Shown: positions 45,255 through 53,349, counted from the stretch's first letter. The stretch is DNA of 64,000 nt from Verrucomicrobiia bacterium (GCA_049280815.1 JBAPQW010000053.1:49413-113412), one strand, 5' to 3'. Notes: generated by a model not told the origin, from the letters alone. Program-made: numbers and translations.

Positions 45255-46577
45255 CTAGGGAACCTTGCGCACGACGACCACTTCCATTGACCTTTTCTCG
45301 GGCACAAGTTCAAGCCCCAGTGTTTTTACGGCGTCGATCATCCCGGCAATGTTCGGGTGCGAGTAGTCCTTTTGCGTCCATTTGATGTCGAAGTCGTAAT
45401 GGTTCGTCAGGCCCGTTTCATTCAGGACCAGTTTCGCGCCCGAGATTTCCAGTTCTTCGGCCAAGGCGCTGAGGGGTTGATTGGTTGCTGCCGCCTCATT
45501 CCAAAATGCCGAGTATTTTCCGTCAGGGTTGGTGCTTTTGGACAACGTCTCCAGACTGGCAGCATTGGTTTTCAACACCCACACGTCAATGTTCCGCATT
45601 TCCCGTTGGACGGTCAGGTCAAAGGAGGCGGCGACGGCCTGGGCGAAGACCGCTTCCAAGTTGGTCTGGTTTCGCGACGGCCGATTCCCCGGCGGCAAGG
45701 TAATGTAAAAGTCATATTTATTCGTCGGGAGTTCGGCATCGGCGACGACACGGTTTGGCTTGACCGCAAAAACGATTTCAATTGCCCGCTCCAATGTGTC
45801 GTTTTGGGCGGTCATGGCCCGGGCTGACCAGGTTTCAACCGGCCGGTCAGACATCCGGCGATTCAGCGCCGGCGGCTGGTTCGTCCGCGGGGATGCCGTG
45901 GTTGAATTGGTTGGCGTGGGCCGGATCATGACTTGAAACATCGGCTTTATCCCCGCCAGGTATTGAGCGGGAATCATGCCGGGCAATTGTCCGCCATCGG
46001 AGGTCCAGTACTCAGTCGTCACTATCCTCGAGGAAACCGGATTCGTGACAGAAGTTTGTCCACCCGCCGGTGAGCCCGGTGAGCCATCCAGGCATGCTTG
46101 AATCGTTGCCGCCTGAAGCACGAAGGGCTCGGTAATGGCGGCAATGCGGCCGTGAGCGTCAATAATCACCGTGTGTGGAATCGCCATAACCCGATACGGG
46201 GTGTTTTCGCCAAGCCCGCCGTCGGGGCCCAGGCCGAGCCACGCGTGGATGGGGGTCTTTTTGAGGAAGCGCATGATCCCGCTTTCCTTTTCGTCCGTAA
46301 CGGCAATGAACTGCACCGGCTTGTCTTTGAACTCGTCCGCCAGTTCATTCATATGCGGAATGTAAGCGACGCAGGGTCCGCAGCTGGTGGCCCAGAATTC
46401 CAGCACCACCACCTTGCCGGTCGGCCAGCCTTGTGAGGCTTCGGGCGGTGCCTGCAGCCATTTGGACAACTTCAATGCGGGAGCCACCTGACCAACTTGC
46501 GGACCGTCTGGAAGACTGGTAGCCCTGACCTCCGACAGGCAGGCGGCGAAGAGGAGCAAACAGACCCAACTTTTCAT
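45255..46577 (-). CDS. TlpA-like thioredoxin domain fused to TIGR03435-family domain
   Basis: ATG at 46577 (MKSWVCLLLFAACLSEVRA). Redoxin block VVVLEFWATSCGPCVAYIPHMNEL (CGPC). C-terminal half ..NKYDFYITLPPG..., NHYDFDIKWT..., LGLELVPEKRSMEVVVV is TIGR03435-like. Confidence 0.8.
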   Translation of the reverse strand: MKSWVCLLLFAACLSEVRATSLPDGPQVGQVAPALKLSKWLQAPPEASQGWPTGKVVVLEFWATSCGPCVAYIPHMNELADEFKDKPVQFIAVTDEKESGIMRFLKKTPIHAWLGLGPDGGLGENTPYRVMAIPHTVIIDAHGRIAAITEPFVLQAATIQACLDGSPGSPAGGQTSVTNPVSSRIVTTEYWTSDGGQLPGMIPAQYLAGIKPMFQVMIRPTPTNSTTASPRTNQPPALNRRMSDRPVETWSARAMTAQNDTLERAIEIVFAVKPNRVVADAELPTNKYDFYITLPPGNRPSRNQTNLEAVFAQAVAASFDLTVQREMRNIDVWVLKTNAASLETLSKSTNPDGKYSAFWNEAAATNQPLSALAEELEISGAKLVLNETGLTNHYDFDIKWTQKDYSHPNIAGMIDAVKTLGLELVPEKRSMEVVVVRKVP

Positions 46578-46708
46578 TTGGACCGGATTCCGGGAGTCTG
46601 GCTGGGGGTCGGGCATAGTCCAATTAATAAACTCCACCCGGCGGACAAAGTTTCGATACCTGCGTGGCTGGCCGCTGGACATGCAGAACATCGTTCGACA
46701 GTGGTGCA

Positions 46709-46764
46709 AGATAGGGCGGTGCTGCTGCGCCGCCATCCCCGGCAGAGCGGCGGCTCTGGGTGGC
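46709..46764. repeat. family C REP variant
   Basis: agatagggcggtgctgctgcgccgccatccccggcagagcggcggctctgggtggc. Confidence 0.65.
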
Positions 46765-46901
46765 CTGATTTCCCATCCCCCACAGCGCCCTCTCCAGGCG
46801 CACAGTAGGTTTTAACCCTCCGCAAACTGTAACATAGGGGCTTCCCTTTTGAAGCCATCGCCAGGATTTAATAAAGTTCACACTCGAATTATGCCGAGTT
46901 G

Positions 46902-46946
46902 AAAATAAAAAAAGGGTGATTCCTCCGACTTGCAAGGAATCATCCC
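46902..46946 (-). terminator. rho-independent terminator (minus strand)
   Basis: Minus strand reads gggatgattcct tgcaagtcgg aggaatcaccc, followed by tttttttatttt. Confidence 0.7.
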
Positions 46947-47021
46947 CTTTGATTCGGCATTATCAGTTACACGGCACAATGGATGGCGCGCCGCTGCGAG
47001 GTGTAAACCACCGATTGACTT

Positions 47022-47186
47022 TCAATCAGCCTGCACAGCGACAATGTCCATTAATTCGCGGTTATTGGAGAATGACCTCCATTTGCCGTATTTGTCCAAG
47101 ACCGCCAAACACATATAATTGTTGCCACGAACCCAGCGCGGCTGGCGTTTTTCCGGGAGCGGTTCTGCGGCCAGGCAATCACTCAT
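47022..47186 (-). CDS. possible 54-aa protein (unannotated small ORF)
   Basis: Not in the ORF track (<60 aa). MSDCLAAEPLPEKRQPRWVRGNNYMCLAVLDKYGKWRSFSNNRELMDIVAVQAD*. Followed about 75 nt later by the terminator at 46902-46946. No clear SD. Confidence 0.35.
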   Translation of the reverse strand: MSDCLAAEPLPEKRQPRWVRGNNYMCLAVLDKYGKWRSFSNNRELMDIVAVQAD

Positions 47187-47245
47187 GCAAAGGGTGGATG
47201 TTTTTATTCATTGTTTAACAGGGTAGTTCTTTTGAACGCAAATCA

Positions 47246-47265
47246 CATGGGGTGTTCACCCCAAC
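47246..47265. promoter_or_regulatory. left arm of a perfect 20-bp inverted repeat (candidate operator)
   Basis: catGGGGTGTTCACCCCaac. The arm itself contains the near-palindrome GGGGTGnnCACCCC. Confidence 0.5.
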
Positions 47266-47370
47266 GCCGCAATGAATAATCCAACCTGGTCCCGGCCGAA
47301 GTTTCGGGGATGCAAAACGTGCCGCAGCCTGTCTTCCTGGCGTGGCGGGCGCTGGACGCCATGATTACTG

Positions 47371-47390
47371 GTTGGGGTGAACACCCCATG
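47371..47390. promoter_or_regulatory. right arm of the perfect 20-bp inverted repeat
   Basis: gttGGGGTGAACACCCCatg is the exact reverse complement of 47246-47265. Lies 35 bp upstream of ATG 47425. Confidence 0.5.
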
Positions 47391-47424
47391 GCGGACGCGT
47401 GGTTACACAGCCCATCTTCATGGC

Positions 47425-47664
47425 ATGAAACATAAAAAGTTATCCCCGCACCAAAACCACAAACCGGCCATTGCAGGAGGGCCAACGGCGACTGCGGATT
47501 TAAACCCTGGTGGAATTGATTTTGCGCCGTCCGCGGACGAAGTAGCTAAAAGGGCATATTTCAATTATATGAACCAGGGTTCGCTGCCCGGGTACGAGGT
47601 GAAGCACTGGCTGGAGGCCGAGGAGCAATTGCTCGCGGAACGCAAGCTCGCCCAGTCAAATTAA
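47425..47664 (+). CDS. DUF2934 domain protein
   Basis: ATG at 47425. PSADEVAKRAYFNYMNQGSLPGYEVKHWLEAEEQL matches the DUF2934 pattern (..I...AY..Y...G...G...DW..AE..L). Confidence 0.75.
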   Translation: MKHKKLSPHQNHKPAIAGGPTATADLNPGGIDFAPSADEVAKRAYFNYMNQGSLPGYEVKHWLEAEEQLLAERKLAQSN

Positions 47665-47689
47665 AATAAAATCCCCGCGTCTTGCGCGG

Positions 47690-47875
47690 TTTAAGCCTCG
47701 CCTTGAATCGTGTCCCCGCCGAAGCCCGCATCCCACTCGTTATCACCCGTAGCAGTCCCGCAATGCGGGATGAGTCCGCTCAAATATCCTCGGGAGAACA
47801 TCGGGAAGGCCAGAGCCGACTCACGTCGGCTGCCACGGTCATCGTTCCGCCCGAGGGAGTTCGCGCGCAATTCCT
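47690..47875 (+). pseudogene. DpnI-family relic, copy R6 (middle segment only)
   Basis: LALNRVPAEARIPLVITRSS[family D hairpin]VIVPPEGVRAQF.. Same insertion site as in R3. Confidence 0.65.
47747..47838. repeat. family D hairpin, copy D2 (inside R6)
   Basis: ccgtagcagtcccgcaatgcgggatgagtccgctc...gagccgactcacgtcggctgccacgg. Confidence 0.8.
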
Positions 47876-47933
47876 CGCGTCAAGCCGCGGAAAGACATAT
47901 CAACCAGCAACCACTTTGCGGCAGAGATGCGGA

Positions 47934-48575
47934 TCAGTTCGGGGCAATGACATGGAACGAGTTCGATTTCACCTCCACGTCCAAACCGGCATAGATGCTC
48001 TCGGCGGAAATCACATGGACTGGACTCCACTGTAAATTGACTAATTGAGCCTTCAGCTCCGTAGGATTGTTAAATTTTCGTTCCACAACCACCCGTTCGG
48101 CCACATCTATGCGCAAACGATTTTCCAGGAGAGCATAGTTTTTATTTGCCTGATCCAGACTGGCCTGGGTCAAGGCGATTTGGCTCGTGAGGCCGGCCAT
48201 CTGGTTGGTCAAATCCAGGCCGCGCCGGTCCAAGGTTGTTTGTAAAGTTTGATTTTCCGATGCCAACTCCGCGACCTGCAGGTTCAGGTTGGTGATTTGC
48301 TCCGTGTCGAGAGCCATGGCGGATTGGGCTTCAATCAGATGGTTTAAAAGCGTCAATGACGCCGACTGGCATTCGTCGAGGCGGTTGGAAATGACGGCCA
48401 TCGTTCCATTGCAAATGGCGATTTGGGTCTGCGCCGAGTCCAGCCGGTTCGAAAAATCGGCAATCGCACCGGCATCATTTTCGTGCTCAGCGTTATTGCC
48501 GCGTTTCATCACGATGAGGAATATGACCAACACGGCGCATGCCAATGCGAGGACGATGGATAAATATTGTTTCAT
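47934..48575 (-). CDS. membrane-anchored coiled-coil protein
   Basis: MKQYLSIVLALACAVLVIFLIVM N-terminal TM, then a long heptad-rich region. 213 aa. Confidence 0.7.
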   Translation of the reverse strand: MKQYLSIVLALACAVLVIFLIVMKRGNNAEHENDAGAIADFSNRLDSAQTQIAICNGTMAVISNRLDECQSASLTLLNHLIEAQSAMALDTEQITNLNLQVAELASENQTLQTTLDRRGLDLTNQMAGLTSQIALTQASLDQANKNYALLENRLRIDVAERVVVERKFNNPTELKAQLVNLQWSPVHVISAESIYAGLDVEVKSNSFHVIAPN

Positions 48576-48982
48576 AAAACAGTCAGCGCAATCCCATCAG
48601 ATTCATGTTCGCTCATCACTGAAAATGTCGCAACGATTAAACCGATTGGACAAGAATGGATTTGTTACGATTCCGTTACACCCGGATACAAGGCGAATTG
48701 GGTGGATTCAGACGGATTGATATCGAACCGAATCGCTCGTCCCCAAATCTGTCCTGGCTGGAGCCGGGGCATCCAGCCAGGGTTTGTTCCTGCCCCAACT
48801 TCCGCCTTCATCTGATTCCGGCGCGGCGCGGCGGGTGTAGCGGCTTTCGGCAGAAAGCCGCATTTTTATCGGCGGCGCCCTGCCGAGACGCCGCTACGCC
48901 AGAAACCGCGCCTCGACCTTGGGGCAGGTGGCAGGTGACCTGGAAATCCATACCGGTGGGGCGAGGTTCCTGACAAATCGGT

Positions 48983-49025
48983 AAAAAAATCCGCGTGGAT
49001 GTCTCCCGACATGCTCACGCGGATT
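48983..49025 (-). terminator. rho-independent terminator (minus strand)
   Basis: Minus strand reads aatccgcgtg agcatgtcgggagacatc cacgcggatt, followed by ttttttt. Confidence 0.6.
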
Positions 49026-49164
49026 CCAGTTAACCCTATGAAACAATCAATCAATCAAATGTCCTAAACTAACATGGTAAACTAGCGTGACTCCGCCCAT
49101 GGCGTCAAATCCCAGCCTGTCGTCTAATTGTGTGACGTCCGGATAAATCAATTCGAGGACGAGA

Positions 49165-49470
49165 ACGAGGAGAATGAAACACGCTTCTTCCCGCCCGCTG
49201 GCATCATCGGAATGGCGGTGTTGCCGCGCCGCCCCCAATTTCAGGGCAGAGCGGCAGCTCTGCCCCACCATGCTGGACCCTGAACGTGCTGAACAGCGTG
49301 CGAGGGTTGTCCCTTACCCGGCCTGCCGGCCACCCTCTCCCATCCGATGGGCGAGGGACTTTCACCACCGCCGATGTTTACGCTTTCACCCGCGAACTGG
49401 AAAACTCCATCCCGACACTTGAATCGGGTCTGGCGTCCGGGATCCTGGTTTCTTGGGAACACGTCACGTG
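49165..49470 (+). pseudogene. DpnI-family relic, copy R7
   Basis: ..[REP]WTLNVLNSVRG...TFTTADVYAFTRELE, then a 1-bp deletion (gaaaactccatcccgac versus gaaaaactccatcccgat) and a divergent tail ending TGA at 49468-49470. Confidence 0.6.
49214..49269. repeat. family C REP variant inside R7
   Basis: ggcggtgttgccgcgccgcccccaatttcagggcagagcggcagctctgccccacc. Confidence 0.65.
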
Positions 49471-49505
49471 ATTTCGACGCCTGCAATTGGCCGTGGCGAA
49501 CGGCG

Positions 49506-49578
49506 TTTGACCTGACCCTCAACCCACATCGAGCAACTCGCAACATTTTGCGATCTCGGGCGCCTGTCGTAAATTACT
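49506..49578 (+). repeat. family G element, copy G2
   Basis: tttgacctgaccctcaacccacatcgagcaactcgcaacattttgcgatctcgggcgcctgtcgtaaattact. Confidence 0.7.
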
Positions 49579-49678
49579 GTTCCTATTCAGGTTATGAGTG
49601 GGCGGGGTGTTTCAGAAAACGAAGTCATTTGATTTTTCCAAGGGAAGGGAGACATTAGGTATACCTATACATTGGGTT

Positions 49679-50107
49679 ATGGGGTCTTTGTACCAGATAG
49701 TTTATACGAGCACTGCGAGTGAGTCGTTCAGCCGGGCCGATTTGAAAGAATTGCTCATGGAGAGCGTGCAGCGAAATACGCGGGCGGGCATCACCGGGTT
49801 GCTGCTCTACAATGACGGCACTTTCATGCAGACGTTGGAGGGAGAGGAGCCGGTGGTGATGGCGCTGTTCACAAAAATAAGCCGCGACCCGCGTCATCAT
49901 CATGTCATCGCCCTGATACATGGGCCGATTAACCGGCGGGACTTTTCCGACTCAGCGATGGCGTTCCGCGATTTAAATTCACCAGAACTCCGGGAACTGC
50001 CCGGCTACAGCGAGTTTTTGAACACGCCTCTGAACGGGGATTTGCTTGCACCCGACCTTCCCAAGTGCCAACAACTGTTGCTGCTTTTCAAGGAGAACAT
50101 CCACTGA
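49679..50107 (+). CDS. stand-alone BLUF-domain blue-light photoreceptor
   Basis: ATG at 49679. LYQIVYTSTA...DLKELLMESVQRNTRAGITGLLLYNDGTFMQTLEGEEPVVMALFTKISRDPRHH is a canonical BLUF core (conserved Tyr, Gln and Met context). 142 aa. Confidence 0.85.
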   Translation: MGSLYQIVYTSTASESFSRADLKELLMESVQRNTRAGITGLLLYNDGTFMQTLEGEEPVVMALFTKISRDPRHHHVIALIHGPINRRDFSDSAMAFRDLNSPELRELPGYSEFLNTPLNGDLLAPDLPKCQQLLLLFKENIH

Positions 50108-50122
50108 ATCCCAACGGCATTA

Positions 50123-50320
50123 TCAGTAGGCGTCGTAAAGCGGCGTCCCTTTGTGCTGTTCCATGAATTGATGCAACGTGGCCATAATGCGGCCAGCCTC
50201 CGCCGTCAACGTGTCCAGCGGGAGACCACGAGCGTCGGCAGCGCGGACGCGCTTTATCTCGCCGGCCAGCCTGTCGCGCAATTGCTGGAATGTTCGCGCT
50301 GAATCATTTTCGTTGCTCAT
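50123..50320 (-). CDS. small helical protein, unknown function
   Basis: ATG at 50320 (MSNENDSARTFQQLRDRLAGEIKRVRAADARGLPLDTLTAEAGRIMATLHQFMEQHKGTPLYDAY). Convergent with the BLUF gene, 15-bp gap. Confidence 0.45.
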   Translation of the reverse strand: MSNENDSARTFQQLRDRLAGEIKRVRAADARGLPLDTLTAEAGRIMATLHQFMEQHKGTPLYDAY

Positions 50321-50510
50321 TAGTATTGAATACGTCGCCTGGTTCAAAACCTTTCAAAAACAATGGAATCCCCGCGGCAAAATTGCGGTTTGCGAAAGAC
50401 TTCCGCCACCCCACAACAAAAAGAAGATCTCACCGCCAAGCGCGCCGGGGGTAATTCCCGGGTCACCGATGGGCACGGCGTAGAGCCGCACGGCGGCCAC
50501 GCCGCTATAC

Positions 50511-50602
50511 GCGGATGACACGCAGGGAAAAACCTCTGTGAAAATCTGTGCTCAGCTGTGGCTGAAATTTTGGCGTCCTTTGCGCCTAGGCGGTTAAAAT
50601 CC
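50511..50602. repeat. family A half-element plus B tail
   Basis: gcggatgacacgcagggaaaaacctctgtgaaaatctgtgctcagctgtggctgaaattttggcgtcctttgcgcctaggcggttaaaatcc. Confidence 0.7.
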
Positions 50603-50623
50603 TCGCCGCATCCAACGCCGGCG

Positions 50624-52123
50624 TCACGACTTGCGCCATTCCCAGGCTGCCGAATGGATTTTTTCCAGCGTCTCCCTTACCGTCAGCCCGCGCATCGCCA
50701 GGTCTTTGTTTTTCTTCCGCTCCGCGTTCCAGATCCGCAGTTCGTCGGCGGAGGGCTGGTAGCGCCGGCGATATTCAACTTTTTGCCCGATCAGCAGGGC
50801 CAGGTATCCGTTCGTGCCAAACTGGCTGGCCTTTTCAATCGTGGTGTGCATCCGCAGCCAGATGGAGGGGCCGTTCTCGCGGTACACCTCAACCAATTCC
50901 GCCGCTCCGGCCAGGTCGGTTGCCTCCCAGCAATGCCGCCAGAACGGCGTGTCCAGCCGTTTGTTGAACCGGTAATGCAAGGCTAGGAAGTCCCGGATAT
51001 CGTCCCAGACGAGGGCATGGTGACGGTTGAATTGCTTTCGCAGCGACGGGGTTGGTTCGCCCTCAAGTTCCTTGAGGGTTTCGGTCAGGAGGCTGCTCTC
51101 GCCGGCAATGACCCCCAGGGCGGTCGCCTCCAGCGGTTCAACAAAGCCGCCCGCATTCCCCACCGCCACCACATTCTTGACCCATTGATTGCGATACCGC
51201 CCGGAGACGAAACGGACAATGCGCGTGGGCCCCACCTTGGGGTTCCTGGCACGAAATTCCTTTTCCGCGTCCGCATCCGAGATGAAGCCGGAACTGTAAA
51301 CGTAGCCGCGATTGATCCGGTTTTCGTGTTCAATCTGCCAGCACCAGCCGCAGTTCATCGTCTCGCAAATGGTGTAAGGTTTGATGACCAGGTCTTCCGG
51401 GTCTTTGCGGTCCCAGCCGCCCACCACCGCGCGGTCGCAAAACAGCGTCTGGTCATAACTCACAAACGGCTCGCCCAGCGTCCGGCCCAAAAGCACGGAC
51501 GCAAATCCGGATGCGTCCACGTAAAGGTCGGCCGTTTCCCGCCGTCCCGATTCCAGTCGCAGGGCCGCCACGCCGCCTTCGTTCTGCTCCACTTCCGTCA
51601 CCTTGTCGTCCAGGATGGTGACGCCCAGCGCGACCGCATATTCCTCGAGGAAGCGGACAAATTTCTCATTCTCGACATGATAAGCATTGCCGTGGTGCAC
51701 CAGCGGTTCGCCTTTGGCGCCCTTCGCAAAAACGCGGTCCTGCGACATGAGCGCCGACATGGGGTCTTCATACTCCATTTCGTCCCAGCAATAATATGCC
51801 TTGATCCTCGGCAACTGACTCAACTGGCCCGACATCTGGTCGATGGAGAAGGTGTAATTGAAATAGGGCCGCGGACCCCACAAAAAGCGGAGGCCCACCT
51901 TCCAGGTTGGCTGCGCGACGGCAAAAAACTTTTTGAGGTTCATGCCGAGATACTGGTGGAGAAACCGCGTCAACCCGGGAGTCGAGCCTTCACCGACGCC
52001 GATGATGCCGATGTCCTTGGACCGGATCACCACGACCTGGAGATCGCGCAATTTACTCTTCAGGGCCAGCGCGGCGATAAAGCCGGCGCTGCCACCGCCG
52101 AGAATGATGACGCGTTTGATCAT
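50624..52123 (-). CDS. tryptophan-halogenase-family FAD-dependent protein
   Basis: MIKRVIILGGGSAGFIAAL (GxGxxG), IGVGEGSTP, ..GWCWQIEHENRINRGYVYSS.. (variant of WxWxIP). 499 aa. Confidence 0.85.
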   Translation of the reverse strand: MIKRVIILGGGSAGFIAALALKSKLRDLQVVVIRSKDIGIIGVGEGSTPGLTRFLHQYLGMNLKKFFAVAQPTWKVGLRFLWGPRPYFNYTFSIDQMSGQLSQLPRIKAYYCWDEMEYEDPMSALMSQDRVFAKGAKGEPLVHHGNAYHVENEKFVRFLEEYAVALGVTILDDKVTEVEQNEGGVAALRLESGRRETADLYVDASGFASVLLGRTLGEPFVSYDQTLFCDRAVVGGWDRKDPEDLVIKPYTICETMNCGWCWQIEHENRINRGYVYSSGFISDADAEKEFRARNPKVGPTRIVRFVSGRYRNQWVKNVVAVGNAGGFVEPLEATALGVIAGESSLLTETLKELEGEPTPSLRKQFNRHHALVWDDIRDFLALHYRFNKRLDTPFWRHCWEATDLAGAAELVEVYRENGPSIWLRMHTTIEKASQFGTNGYLALLIGQKVEYRRRYQPSADELRIWNAERKKNKDLAMRGLTVRETLEKIHSAAWEWRKS

Positions 52124-52440
52124 GGAGGAACTATCTTATAGTCAACGTCGCATACCGCTGATTTGCGGTATAACTCCCTGCAAAATGATACAATGCAATT
52201 CTGTCGCGAGAAATTGTTTTGGGATGGGTGGCAGGTTTTTGGGGACGAGCGGGACTGGACACGATGAGCCTGCCGCTTGTGGATTCAAAGACCCCGCTCA
52301 GCCGTGACCGGTTTGGATTGAGAAAATATTTAAACCAGTTTAACTCACGGCTTGATTTGGCAGCAACGGTGGCTTAACCTGTGTTCGTCAAGGCGGCATA
52401 AACAAGGGTAAAACCCATCGGCAAAGAGTTGTCCTCCAGC

Positions 52441-53349
52441 ATGGTGGCAGATTCAAAAATAATTGTTCCGGGAACTGAACGTCATTTTCGATATTGGTCC
52501 TGGTGGCTCTTGTTGTTTGTCGTGGTCTGGACGACCGTCTATTTTAGTCTGGCCCGGGATCCCATTTCCCTTTTCAAGGAAAACTGTCCCTTCATTCTCG
52601 TTGGATTTAGCGGGGCGATACTTGGAAACATCTCGGCGGTGGGCGGCGGCATTGTTTTTATCCCGGTCATCATTTTTGTTTTTCATCTGCCGCCCGTGAC
52701 GGCCTTGAAGGTTGCGCTGGCCAGCCAGTCTTTTGGCATGACCAGCGGCGCCATCGGATGGATTCAGAAAAAGGTGGTGCCGTTGCGCGCCTTGAAACTC
52801 ACCGTGCCGGGGCTGCTGATCGGAAGCGCGATCAGTTCGCTGGTGATTCATCCCAGTGCGCTGCTGGTCAAATTGCTTTTCGGACCGGTCTCGATTTTGC
52901 TGGGCGTGCTGACCATTGTCCTCTCCCGCCGGGCCTTGAAAACCGCCACCGTCATGGAGATTCCCGTGAATGCAACGGTCCCGCTCTTCATCGTTGCCTT
53001 CATCGGCGGACTCGTCACCGGCTGGATTGCCATCGGTGAAGGCGAACTCGTCGCCGCGCTCCTGATGCTCGTTTATCGGGTGAATGTTGCCTCCTGCATT
53101 GGCCTGGGGGTCGTATTGCTCTCCATCAATTCCATTTTTTTGACCGTCATCCATTATTTCTGGCTGGGAGGAATACCCTGGAACATCGCCGCCTTCACGG
53201 GCCTGGGTTGCGTGTTTGGCGCGCGACTGGCCCCTTTCCTGAGCCGGCGCTCGAATCCGATGGTGTTGAAGACCATTTTTGCGGTCATCGCAATTTGTGA
53301 CGGGATCCTGTTCATCGTTCAGTACGTGATCATTCACCACGCGCATTAA
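52441..53349 (+). CDS. TauE/SafE family anion exporter
   Basis: ATG at 52441 (the ORF-track start at 52429 is TTG). About 8 TM. ..GNISAVGGGIVFIPVIIFVF.. and a second half repeat ..GGLVTGWIAIGEGELV.. Confidence 0.8.
   Translation: MVADSKIIVPGTERHFRYWSWWLLLFVVVWTTVYFSLARDPISLFKENCPFILVGFSGAILGNISAVGGGIVFIPVIIFVFHLPPVTALKVALASQSFGMTSGAIGWIQKKVVPLRALKLTVPGLLIGSAISSLVIHPSALLVKLLFGPVSILLGVLTIVLSRRALKTATVMEIPVNATVPLFIVAFIGGLVTGWIAIGEGELVAALLMLVYRVNVASCIGLGVVLLSINSIFLTVIHYFWLGGIPWNIAAFTGLGCVFGARLAPFLSRRSNPMVLKTIFAVIAICDGILFIVQYVIIHHAH

Noticed and set aside
47243-47485. 80-aa ORF on the minus strand spanning the 20-bp inverted repeats
   Set aside because: It overlaps the start of the DUF2934 gene, is Cys/Gly-rich with no motif, and is more simply explained as a read-through of the palindromic intergenic region.
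31000-50000. Calling the 31-50 kb region a horizontally acquired genomic island or mobile element
   Set aside because: There is no integrase, transposase, tRNA target or bounding direct repeats in the window. GC of the genes is similar to the rest. Only the short repeats and relics are unusual.
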